Program-made: the position numbers and the translations under genes | Notes under the pieces: generated by a model | Database searches by the model: none | The model's input: the letters and a program-made list of their open reading frames with translations, nothing else | What the model was told of the DNA's origin: nothing | DNA from: Planctomycetota bacterium | GTDB lineage: Bacteria > Planctomycetota > UBA1135 > UBA2386 | Length of the DNA stretch: 64,000 bases | Direction of reading: 5' to 3' | Assembly (NCBI GenBank): GCA_965223545.1 | Contig: OZ245006.1 | Span: 768,001-832,000, forward strand | Shown: in pieces, positions 11,151 to 20,057 of the stretch | Numbering within the stretch: position 1 is the stretch's first letter | Layout of the letters: every line of letters begins with the position of its first letter

Positions 11151-11912
11151 GTGCAAGAACCCACGCCCGCGCCCTTGCTGCGCAGCCTGCCCGTCCTCGG
11201 CCGCCTCGGCCTCTCGCTGCTCCTGCTGGTGATCCTCGGTGGCTTGGTCGCATCGGCGAGCCACATCGTGCTGCACCACCAAAACCGCGATGAGCGCCCC
11301 GGCCTGTCGCTGGCCGACGTCGAAGGCGTCTACCACGGCGTGCAGGCCACGGCACCGCTGCTGACCGCCCTGCGCCGCGACCACCCGCCCGATCTTCCCG
11401 CCGCCGAGCGCACCGCGCTGCTCGACTGGCTGGCCAGCGACCACATCAGCGAGAGCTACGACAACCTCGACCTCGGCGAGAACGCGCCCGCCGAGATCCT
11501 CGACCGGGCTTGCCTGCAATGCCACGCGCGCAACGCCGAGGACCCGATCGGCCAGTCCATCCCCCTCGAGTACTGGGACGACGTCCGCGGCGTCGCGTTC
11601 TCCCGCAACGTCGAGCCCATGGCCGAGGAGATCCTGGTGGCGTCGGCGCACACCCACGCCCTGGGCATGGGCGCGCTGTCGCTGGTGTTGTGTCTGCTCG
11701 CGGCCCTGGGCCGGACACCGCCGCTGCTGACCGGTCTGTTGATGCTGGGCTCCGGCGCCGGCTTGGCGCTCGATCTCGGCTCGTGGTTTCTGGCGCGCGA
11801 CACCGTGGCGTTGATACCCGTGCTGATCGCCGGCGGCATCGCTTGGCTGGCCAGCACCGCGCTGCTCTGCCTGGTCCTGCTGCTCGACCTCTGGCTGCCC
11901 CGCCGCGCATGA
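11151..11912 (+). CDS. Membrane protein with a single CxxCH heme c motif
   Basis: N-terminal TM, ACLQCH, HTHALGM, then about three C-terminal TMs. Confidence 0.75.
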   Translation: MQEPTPAPLLRSLPVLGRLGLSLLLLVILGGLVASASHIVLHHQNRDERPGLSLADVEGVYHGVQATAPLLTALRRDHPPDLPAAERTALLDWLASDHISESYDNLDLGENAPAEILDRACLQCHARNAEDPIGQSIPLEYWDDVRGVAFSRNVEPMAEEILVASAHTHALGMGALSLVLCLLAALGRTPPLLTGLLMLGSGAGLALDLGSWFLARDTVALIPVLIAGGIAWLASTALLCLVLLLDLWLPRRA

Positions 11913-12760
11913 CCGAGCCGTCCTACTGCGAAGCCGACGACGGCGTGCGGCTGGCCTACCGGCGTTACGGCTCCGGACCCGTGCGCGTGATCGCCCCCGC
12001 GCTGAGCTGGATGGCGGCCGACCTCGAGCTGCTCGCCGAGGCAGCCGGCACGGTGTTCTACGACGTCCGCGGCCAGGGCAGCTCGGCCGCGGTCGCCGAC
12101 GATCAAGTCGGCCTGCAGCGCGACGTCGCCGACTTGGACGCCGTGCGCCGGAGCGTCGGCGCCGGCCAAGTGGCGCTGCTGGGTTGGTCGTACTACGGCG
12201 CCATCGCGCTGCAGTACGCGCTGGCGCACCCCGCCCAGGTAACCCGCCTGGCGCTGTTCGCGCCGGTGGCGCCCCGCGCGCAGCCGTATTGGCGGCAGTA
12301 CTTGCACGCGTTCGGCCAACGCCTCGACAGCGGCCGGCTCGGCGACCTCGAGGCCGCGCGCAAGGCCGGCACGCCGAGGTCGGATCCGAGCGGCTGGTGC
12401 CGGGCGCACATCGACCTGCTGCTGCGCATCTACGTGGAGAACCCCGAGTGTTTGGCGCGGATGCGCGCGTCGCCGTGCGTGGCGCCCAACCTCGACCCCG
12501 AGCGGGTCAACCGGCAGACCCTGCGCGTCATGGAGGGGATGGGCGACTACGACTGGCGCGCCGCGATGCGCGCGCTCGAGTGCCCGGTGCGGATCTGGCA
12601 CGGCGACCGCGATCCGGTGCCGTTGGCGGGATCGCACGAGTGGTGTGAGGCGCTGCCCGACGCGCGGCTCGTGCCGTTGGCCGGCTGCGGCCACATGCCG
12701 TGGCTGGAGCAACCGGACGCCTGCCTGCCCGCGCTGCAGGCGTTCTTGACCAGCGGTTGA
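11909..12760 (+). CDS. Alpha/beta fold hydrolase
   Basis: YDVRGQGSS, LLGWSYYG nucleophile elbow, IWHGDRD, CGHMPWLEQP; ATGA overlap. Confidence 0.9.
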   Translation: MTEPSYCEADDGVRLAYRRYGSGPVRVIAPALSWMAADLELLAEAAGTVFYDVRGQGSSAAVADDQVGLQRDVADLDAVRRSVGAGQVALLGWSYYGAIALQYALAHPAQVTRLALFAPVAPRAQPYWRQYLHAFGQRLDSGRLGDLEAARKAGTPRSDPSGWCRAHIDLLLRIYVENPECLARMRASPCVAPNLDPERVNRQTLRVMEGMGDYDWRAAMRALECPVRIWHGDRDPVPLAGSHEWCEALPDARLVPLAGCGHMPWLEQPDACLPALQAFLTSG

Positions 12761-12793
12761 GCCGCCCGCCGATCCGCGGCTACGCTGCCCCCG

Positions 12794-13558
12794 ATGAGCA
12801 CGGATCCCTGGCTCGCCGCCCGCGGGCGGCGCCCCGACGCGCGCGTGCGCTTGTTCTGCCTGCCACACGCCGGCTCGGGCGCGGTCGCCTACCAGCCGTG
12901 GATCGACGGCCTGCCCGACCACGTCGACGTCTGTCGCGTGCAGCTGCCGGGCCGCGAGACACGCTTCGTCGAGCCAGCGCTCGACAGCATCGAGCCGCTG
13001 GTCGAAGCACTGCTGCAGGGACTGTCGCCGCACCTCGACCGGCCGTGGGCAGTGTTCGGCCACAGCATGGGCGCCATCGTCGGCTTCGAGCTGGTCCGCG
13101 CCGCGCGCGCCGCCGGTGCGCGCACCCCGCTCGTCTTGTTTGCCAGCGGCCACCGCGCACCCCACCTGCCCCGGCCGCGGCCGGCCGTCGCCTACGCCTC
13201 GCAGGAGCGCTTCCTCGCCGAGGTGCGGTGGATGGGCGGCACGCCGGACGAAGTGCTGTCCGATCCCGAGATGCTGGACATCGTGTTGCCGACGCTGCGC
13301 GCCGACGTCAACGTCTGGGAGACCTACGTCTACCGCGAGCAGCCGCCGCTCGAGTGCGCGCTCACCGCGCTGGGCGGCCGCGAGGACCGTGTCGCCACTC
13401 CGGCGGAAATCGAGGGTTGGGCGCAGCACACCGCCGGCCGTCACGGCCACCACGTCCTCGAGGGGGACCACTTCTTCCTCGAGACCGACCGCGATGCCCT
13501 GTTGCGCATCGTCGCCACCGACCTCGACGCGGCGCTGGCCGAGCGGGGTGAAGGTTGA
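12794..13558 (+). CDS. Type II thioesterase (GrsT/RifR-like)
   Basis: RLFCLPHAGSGA, VQLPGRETR, FGHSMGA, LPTLRAD, GDHFFL. Confidence 0.93.
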   Translation: MSTDPWLAARGRRPDARVRLFCLPHAGSGAVAYQPWIDGLPDHVDVCRVQLPGRETRFVEPALDSIEPLVEALLQGLSPHLDRPWAVFGHSMGAIVGFELVRAARAAGARTPLVLFASGHRAPHLPRPRPAVAYASQERFLAEVRWMGGTPDEVLSDPEMLDIVLPTLRADVNVWETYVYREQPPLECALTALGGREDRVATPAEIEGWAQHTAGRHGHHVLEGDHFFLETDRDALLRIVATDLDAALAERGEG

Positions 13559-14418
13559 ACACGACCGGCGACGCCGACGAGTTTTGCCGCGAGCAGCAGG
13601 CGGCCTGGGACTCGGCCGCACCCAGCTGGCACCGCTGGTGGCACGTCTTCGAGAACAGCTGCCAGGGCGTCAACGACCAGCTCGTCGCCGCTGCCCGCGG
13701 CGACGACGTGCGGCGTTGGTTGGACATCGCGTGCGGCATCGGTGAGCCAGCGCGCACCGCCGCCGCGGCAATCGGCGCGGAAGGCCACGTGCTCGCCTGC
13801 GACCTCGCCCCGCAGATGATCGAGCACGCGGCCCGCTTCGCGCCGGCACCCGGCGCCGCGCCGATCGAGTGGCGCGTCGCCGACGCCGAGACGGTGGAGC
13901 TCGCCGACCAGAGCTTCGATGCGGCCACCTGCCGCTGGGGGCTGATGCTGATGCGCGCCCCGGAGCTCGCCGTGCAGCGGGTGGCCGCGGCGCTGCGACC
14001 GGGCGGCCGGTTCGCGGTGGCGGTGTGGGACGCGCAGGCCCACGTTCCGTTCCTGGCGCGCCCCCGCCAGGCGATCTCGCGCGTCGTTCCGCTGCCCGAG
14101 CTGGACGCCGACGCACCCGGCCCGTTTCGCCTGCACCGGCCCGGCCAGCTGCAGGCATTGCTGGCCGCTGGCGACCTCGAGCCGGGCGAGGAGTGGACGG
14201 CGGAGGTCGCGCTCGAATTCGGTTCTGCCGGTGCGTTCGCCGCATTCGTGCAGCAGATGTCGACCGCCACCGCCAAGCTGCTCGCCCGCCACGACCCGGC
14301 GACGCGCGCACGGGCGTGGGCGGCAGTCGAAGCCGACGCCGCCGAGCAGGCCGCCGGCGACGGCCGCCTGCGCTTCGACAACCGTGTTCGGCTTTGCGTG
14401 GGCCAGCGACGCGGCTGA
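13555..14418 (+). CDS. Class I SAM-dependent methyltransferase
   Basis: LDIACGIGE, DLAPQMI, ADAE, SFDAATCRWGLM, LRPGGRF. Confidence 0.92.
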   Translation: MNTTGDADEFCREQQAAWDSAAPSWHRWWHVFENSCQGVNDQLVAAARGDDVRRWLDIACGIGEPARTAAAAIGAEGHVLACDLAPQMIEHAARFAPAPGAAPIEWRVADAETVELADQSFDAATCRWGLMLMRAPELAVQRVAAALRPGGRFAVAVWDAQAHVPFLARPRQAISRVVPLPELDADAPGPFRLHRPGQLQALLAAGDLEPGEEWTAEVALEFGSAGAFAAFVQQMSTATAKLLARHDPATRARAWAAVEADAAEQAAGDGRLRFDNRVRLCVGQRRG

Positions 14419-14567
14419 ACCGTCCGGTCGGGGCGTGCAAACGCTGCCGGCATTCTGTACAGCATTCTCGGGCTCTCTCTCCCTCAAGCCGGCGCCGCCG
14501 CCGCCCCGAAGTACGCACAGGTACTGCCTTGCCCGACCCGACCCCGAGCCTGTCGTCAGGATCGACG

Positions 14568-15713
14568 ATGATCCCGTTCTCGCCCCCGAACCTCGAAGAG
14601 GAAGAGATCCAGGAAGTGATCGACACCTTGCGGTCCGAGTGGATCACCACGGGGCCCAAGACCCGGCAGTTCGAGCAGCAGTTCGCCGAAGCGGTGGGCG
14701 CGCCGGCGGCGCTGGCGCTCAACTCGTGCACCGCCGGCCTGCACCTGGCGCTCGTCGGCCACGGCATCGGTCCGGGCGACGTGGTCGCGACGACGCCGAT
14801 GACGTTCGCCGCGACCGCCAACGTCGTCGAACACGTCGGCGCTGAATCGATCCTCGTCGACGTCGAGCCCGACACCCTCAACATCGATCCCGAGCGGCTG
14901 CGCAACGCGCTCCACGACCGGGTGAAGGCGATCAGTGTGGTCCACTACGCCGGCCACCCCGTCGATCTCGACGCGATCACGGCGATTGCGAACGAGCGAG
15001 GCATCCCGGTGATCGAAGATGCGGCGCACGCCCTGCCGGCGAGCTACCGCGGCGAGCCGATCGGCGCGCGCGGCAACCTGACCGCCTACAGCTTCTACGC
15101 CACCAAGAACATCACCACGGCCGAGGGCGGCATGCTGACCGGCTCGGCGGAGATGATCGAGCAGCTGCGCTCTTGGAGCCTGCACGGCCTGAGCAAGGAC
15201 GCCGCCAAGCGCTACGAGCGCGGCGGCTCGTGGAAGTACGAAGTCCTCGCCCCGGGCTTCAAGTACAACATGACCGACGTCCAGGCCAGCCTCGGCACCT
15301 GGCAGCTGCGCAAGGCCGAGCGGTTCCACGAAGTGCGGCGCAGCATCACGGACCGCTACAACGCGGCGTTCGGTGCGCTGCCCGAGCTGCAGACGCCGAC
15401 CGAGCGCGACGGCGTGCAGAGTGCGCTGCACCTGTACGTCCTACGCCTGCAGCCCGACCGCCTGCGCATCGACCGCGACGAGTTCATCGAACAGCTGCGC
15501 GAGCGCAACATCAGCACTTCGGTGCACTTCATTCCGATCCACCTGCATCCCTACTACCGCGACCGCTACGGCTACCAGCCGACGGACTTCCCCGTCGCCT
15601 ACGCCGAGTACCAGCGCATGCTGTCGCTGCCGCTGTTCTCGCGAATGACGGACGATCAGGTCGAGCGGGTGATCGAGGCGGTGCGCGACGTCGTCGAGCA
15701 GAACCGCCGATGA
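14568..15713 (+). CDS. DegT/DnrJ/EryC1/StrS sugar aminotransferase
   Basis: WITTGPK, NSCTAGLHLAL, IEDAAHA, SFYATKNITTAEGG (PLP lysine), GFKYNMTD. Confidence 0.96.
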   Translation: MIPFSPPNLEEEEIQEVIDTLRSEWITTGPKTRQFEQQFAEAVGAPAALALNSCTAGLHLALVGHGIGPGDVVATTPMTFAATANVVEHVGAESILVDVEPDTLNIDPERLRNALHDRVKAISVVHYAGHPVDLDAITAIANERGIPVIEDAAHALPASYRGEPIGARGNLTAYSFYATKNITTAEGGMLTGSAEMIEQLRSWSLHGLSKDAAKRYERGGSWKYEVLAPGFKYNMTDVQASLGTWQLRKAERFHEVRRSITDRYNAAFGALPELQTPTERDGVQSALHLYVLRLQPDRLRIDRDEFIEQLRERNISTSVHFIPIHLHPYYRDRYGYQPTDFPVAYAEYQRMLSLPLFSRMTDDQVERVIEAVRDVVEQNRR

Positions 15714-16942
15714 GCACGGTGGCCAGCGAGACCGCACAGGTCGGGGCCGACTCCGCCGACGCCGGCCGGCCATCGGTGTGGCACATCGGCGGCTCCGATG
15801 TCTACTTCCGCATTCCGCTGCTGCTGCGGCTGCGGCAGGCGGGGTTCGAGGTGGCCGCCGCCGGCACCAGCGACCCCGCCCAGTTCGAGGCCGTCGACAT
15901 CCCGTTCCACCACTACGACCTGAAGCCGGGGCTGGGGCCACTCGCCGACCACCGCGCGCGCCAACAGCTGACCGAACTGTTCGAACGGCACCGCCCGACG
16001 GTGGTCCACGCCTTCGACACCAAGCCGTGCGTGCTGGTGCCGTTGGCGCGGGCGCGGGTCCCCGCGGTGCGCTGCGTGCGCACGGTCACCGGGATGGGAC
16101 GCCTGTTCGCCGAGGACAGCCGCACGGCCGCCCTACTGCGCGTGGTGTACCGCCGCGCCCAGCGCCGCGTCGCGCCGATCACCGACGTGACGGTGTTTCA
16201 GAACGAGGACGACCAGCGCTACTTCCGCGAGCAGGACCTGTTGCGGGGGTGTCGCCATGAGCTGGTGCGGGGGTCGGGTGTCGACGTCGACGCGCTGCAC
16301 GCGGCGCGGCCGGACGCGCGCGCCTGCGCCGCCCTGCGCGCCGAGCTCGGTCTCGACGACCGCTTCGTGGTGTTGATGGTCAGCCGGCTGACCGCCACCA
16401 AGGGCGTGCGCGAGTACCTGCAGGCGGCGACCCAGCTCGCCAGCAGCGGCGCCACCCTGGTGCTGGTCGGACCGGTGGACGAGTTCGACGCCGACGCGCA
16501 GCGCCTGCTCGCCGAAGTCGAGGACCACCCGCACGTGCGCTACCTCGGCAAGCGCAGCGATGTGCCGAGTCTGCTGGCCATCGCCGACGCCTTCGCGCTG
16601 CCGACCTACTACCGGGAAGGCCTGCCGCGCGTGCTGCTCGAGGCCGCGGTCATGGGCGTACCCCTGATCACCACGAGTGTGCCCGGATGCCGGGACGTCG
16701 TTCCGGAAGCCAAGTACGGCATGATCATCGAGCAACGCTCGGCCGACGCCATCGCCACCGCGGTGACGACCCTGATCGGCGATCCCCCGCTGCGGGCCGA
16801 GCTGGTCGCCAACGCCCGAGACCGCGTGCAGTCCGCGTTCTCGCTCGACCACGTCGCCGCGCAGTATGCCGAGATCTACCGCAGCCTGTCGCCGCAAAGC
16901 GGTGCCCGGGCGCGCGGTGACGCGCCCGCATCGGAGCGCTGA
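15710..16942 (+). CDS. GT4 glycosyltransferase (PglA/CapM-like)
   Basis: TVTGMG, FQNEDD, GSGVD, SRL...KGVREY, YREGLPRVLLEAA, PGCRDVV. Confidence 0.93.
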   Translation: MSTVASETAQVGADSADAGRPSVWHIGGSDVYFRIPLLLRLRQAGFEVAAAGTSDPAQFEAVDIPFHHYDLKPGLGPLADHRARQQLTELFERHRPTVVHAFDTKPCVLVPLARARVPAVRCVRTVTGMGRLFAEDSRTAALLRVVYRRAQRRVAPITDVTVFQNEDDQRYFREQDLLRGCRHELVRGSGVDVDALHAARPDARACAALRAELGLDDRFVVLMVSRLTATKGVREYLQAATQLASSGATLVLVGPVDEFDADAQRLLAEVEDHPHVRYLGKRSDVPSLLAIADAFALPTYYREGLPRVLLEAAVMGVPLITTSVPGCRDVVPEAKYGMIIEQRSADAIATAVTTLIGDPPLRAELVANARDRVQSAFSLDHVAAQYAEIYRSLSPQSGARARGDAPASER

Positions 16943-16980
16943 CCCGACCGAGACCGATCGGCCAGCGCGCTGCGCCCAGG

Positions 16981-18033
16981 TCAGTTCCTCACGCGGTCGT
17001 CGACGAAGAAGCCGAACTGCACGCGGACGATCTGCGCGATGAGCGACCGCGTCCAGGACGCCGCGGTGTGCTCCACCGCGATCACGTCCCCCGGCTTGAT
17101 CTGCAGCGCCGAGGCCGCGACCAGGCCATCGCCGGCGATCGAGAAGGTCGCGGGCAAGATCGTGCCGTCGGCATCGCGGCGGAAGACGGTGGCGAACGGT
17201 GGATCGGCGATCAGATCGACGCCGCCGGCGAACGCCAACGCCTGCATCAGGTTGTAGTCGGTCTCCGGCGGATACGGGTAGGCGCCGGGGTTCTGGACCA
17301 GGCCGACGATGGTGAAGGTGTCGGGCTCGTAGCGCTCGACCTCGATGGTCTCCCCGCCGTACAGCCCGACGTCGGCGAACGGGATGTTGAGGCCGCGCAC
17401 CGGCAGCACGACGTCTTCCACGCCGGCGCCGTCGGCACGCCGCACGCGGATGCGCCGCGCGCCGACGATCAAGTTGTTGGGCTTGAGGATGCCACCCGCC
17501 GCCGCCAGCGCGCCATACAGCGACAGCTGGTTGCTGCGCAGCTCGTGCACTCCGGGCTGCTCGACGGCGCCGACCACGTTGACGGGAAGCGTGTGGTGCT
17601 CTTGCACGCGCACGACTACCGAAGGCCGCCGCACCAACACCGACGGGTAGACCGCCTCGACGATGGCCCGCTCGACGTCCAGCACCGTCTTGCCCCGCGC
17701 CTTCACGCGGCCCGCCGCACCGACGTGGACGAAACCCTCGTCGTCGACGCGGACCGCGCGGCTCAGCTCGCCCGCCGCCTGGGCATCGTCCGCCGGAGTG
17801 GCGAACAGCCCCCAGGGGCCGGTCACCTCGAGGAGGTCACCGGCCACCAAGCGGTAGCGCCCGGGCGATGGCAGCCCGCGGGCGAGCTCCTCGCGATCCA
17901 GCTCGAGCTCGACCGGGCCAGCGTTGAGGAAGCGGCGCAGCTCGTCCTCGTCGAGGGGGTAGCGCGGCGCGGCGCAGGCGGCGAGCCCGGCCAACAGCAC
18001 GGCCACGGTGGTTGCGAATCGCGGCATGCTCAT
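16981..18033 (-). CDS. wza: Polysaccharide export lipoprotein (Wza/OPX, Poly_export plus SLBB domains)
   Basis: Lipobox LAAC; YRLVAGDLLEV, VRVDDEGFV, VNVVGAVEQPG, ALAAAGG, IKPGDVIAV. Confidence 0.85.
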   Translation of the reverse strand: MSMPRFATTVAVLLAGLAACAAPRYPLDEDELRRFLNAGPVELELDREELARGLPSPGRYRLVAGDLLEVTGPWGLFATPADDAQAAGELSRAVRVDDEGFVHVGAAGRVKARGKTVLDVERAIVEAVYPSVLVRRPSVVVRVQEHHTLPVNVVGAVEQPGVHELRSNQLSLYGALAAAGGILKPNNLIVGARRIRVRRADGAGVEDVVLPVRGLNIPFADVGLYGGETIEVERYEPDTFTIVGLVQNPGAYPYPPETDYNLMQALAFAGGVDLIADPPFATVFRRDADGTILPATFSIAGDGLVAASALQIKPGDVIAVEHTAASWTRSLIAQIVRVQFGFFVDDRVRN

Positions 18034-19922
18034 CGGTCTCCCGCGTCGCGGCTGCGGGCGTAGTCGAAGTCGGTCAGGACGTACTGGTCGTCGGCGAGCC
18101 CGCGCGGCAGCGCACCGTAGGCGCCGACGCCGAGTCCCAGATCCCGATGGCGCGGCAGCTGGTTGAGTACGGTCCCCAGCAGCGGCACGCGCGCCGCGCG
18201 CATCACTTCGCTGGCGGCGGCGACGCGGTCGCTGGTGCTGCGGCCAGCCCGCGCGACCAGGATCGCCGCGTCGCAGTGGCTCGCCAACACGCGCGCGTCG
18301 GCCTGCCCGAGCACGGGCGGGGCATCGATGATGACCCGGTCGTAGTCGCTCTTGAGGTTCTGCACCACGCGGGAGAACCGGGCGGTGTGCAGCAGCTCCG
18401 GCGAGTTCGGCCGGATGCCGCCCGCCGAAAGCACGTCCAGGCGGCGCACCGCGGTATCGATGATGACGGCGTCGGGGTTGGCGCGACCGATCAACAGCTC
18501 GACCAAACCGATCTCGGCGGCGGCACCGAGCTCGAACAAGCGCCGCTGGCCGGGCATCCGCAAGTTGGCGTCCAGCAGCAGAACGCGTTCGCCGGAGCGG
18601 GCGAACGCGATCGCCAGCCCGGCCGCCACCAGCGACGCCCCATCGCGCCGATCCGGCGCGGCGACGACCAACGACTGGCCGACGCTGCCGGGCGCCGCCG
18701 AGACGACCGCGGCGCGCACGGCCCGCATCGCCTCGGCGTAGTCCGACGAGGAAAACCAAGTCGCCACCGCCGAACGCGCCTTGACGCGCACCACCGGCAC
18801 GCCGCCCAAGACGCGGATCCCGGTCGCGGAGAACAACCCGCGCGGACTGCGCACCCGCCGATCGAGAGAGCCGCCCAAGAACGCGGCCACGGTCGCCAAG
18901 ACGAGCCCCAGCAGCAGACAGATCGCCACCAGCACGGTCTTGGATACCGCCACCGTCGCGGTGCGCGGCGCGGCCTCCTCGAGGACCCGGATCACGCCGA
19001 GCGCGCCGTCGTGGCCGGTCGTCGGTGCAGTCAAGCTGAAGTCCAGCACGCGCTGGTGCAGCGCGTCGGACAGCCCGCGGGCCTGATCGACGCGCATGCG
19101 CTGCACCTCGGCGTCGAAGAAGCCGTCCGCCGACTCGGTGACCCCCGTCGAAAGGCGCTGCTGCAGGTCGGCGATCGATGCGTCCAGGCCGCGGATCACA
19201 TCGTGGTCGGCGGTGAGCTCGGCCGACAACGCGCGGCGGCGGTCCTGCAGCCGCAGCAGCTCGCGCCGCGTCTCCAGCTGCAACGCGTCCTCGGGCCCGG
19301 CGCCCCCGGGCGGCACGGCGTCCGGGTGCTCGGCCAGGGTCTCCAGCAGACGCTCTTGCTCCTCGCGCAAGCGCCCTTCCTGCCGCGCCAGCTCGTCGAC
19401 CAACCGCTCCTGCCGCTCGCCCAGCAGCTGCCGGTGCGCCGCCTCGCACTGCGCGCGGTACACCTCGACGATGCGGTTGATCACCCGGCACGCCTCGTCG
19501 CGGTGCGGCGACGTCATCGCCAGCGTGATCAAGCCGTCGTCGCCGCCGACGTCGACGGACACGTTCTTCTTCAACCAGGTGAGGTGGTTGTCCTCACCGG
19601 CGAGCAGCGCGCCGTCGCCGATCGCCGGCTCCTCCAGCACCGTCTCCAGCACCGAGCGGGCGGTCAGCTTGGCGGCGTGCGCGGCATTGACCGCGGCGGC
19701 GTCGGCCGCGGTCAACACCGGCCCTTGGCCGGTGGAGTTGGCGATGCCCAGATCGGTCTCGACGACCGACTGCACCCGCCACACGGGAGGCGTGGTGCTG
19801 ACGAACAGCAACCCGCCGGCGGCGACGAGGATCAACACGCCGATCGCCCACCAGCGGCCGCGCCACAGGGTGGCGACCAACTCGGTGAACGTCAGCTCGT
19901 TGGGTAGAGCGCGGGAGTCCAA
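18030..19922 (-). CDS. wzc: Polysaccharide co-polymerase / BY-kinase-like protein (Wzc) with degenerate Walker A
   Basis: Two TMs flanking a coiled coil; YAEAMRAVR, VLLLDANLR, PNSPELL, YDRVIIDAPPVL; Walker A reads RRDGAS. Confidence 0.88.
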   Translation of the reverse strand: MDSRALPNELTFTELVATLWRGRWWAIGVLILVAAGGLLFVSTTPPVWRVQSVVETDLGIANSTGQGPVLTAADAAAVNAAHAAKLTARSVLETVLEEPAIGDGALLAGEDNHLTWLKKNVSVDVGGDDGLITLAMTSPHRDEACRVINRIVEVYRAQCEAAHRQLLGERQERLVDELARQEGRLREEQERLLETLAEHPDAVPPGGAGPEDALQLETRRELLRLQDRRRALSAELTADHDVIRGLDASIADLQQRLSTGVTESADGFFDAEVQRMRVDQARGLSDALHQRVLDFSLTAPTTGHDGALGVIRVLEEAAPRTATVAVSKTVLVAICLLLGLVLATVAAFLGGSLDRRVRSPRGLFSATGIRVLGGVPVVRVKARSAVATWFSSSDYAEAMRAVRAAVVSAAPGSVGQSLVVAAPDRRDGASLVAAGLAIAFARSGERVLLLDANLRMPGQRRLFELGAAAEIGLVELLIGRANPDAVIIDTAVRRLDVLSAGGIRPNSPELLHTARFSRVVQNLKSDYDRVIIDAPPVLGQADARVLASHCDAAILVARAGRSTSDRVAAASEVMRAARVPLLGTVLNQLPRHRDLGLGVGAYGALPRGLADDQYVLTDFDYARSRDAGDR

Positions 19923-20003
19923 GAGGGGAGTTTCGGGTTCGGGGAGCCTTCGGAGTTCTCTTCGGCGGCCGGCGGCACGGGGCTTGAAGATGGCGAACCG
20001 CGC

Positions 20004-20031
20004 AGCCTACCCCAGCCGCCGCCGGTGCCAA
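20004..20031 (-). promoter_or_regulatory. Candidate sigma70-type promoter for wzc-wza
   Basis: Minus strand TTGGCA-N16-TAGGCT, about 80 nt upstream of wzc; GGTAGGCTGCG also occurs upstream of the capD-like gene (~22324-22334). Confidence 0.35.
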
Positions 20032-20057
20032 GCCAGGACACCGGTCGGGCGCCGTCT

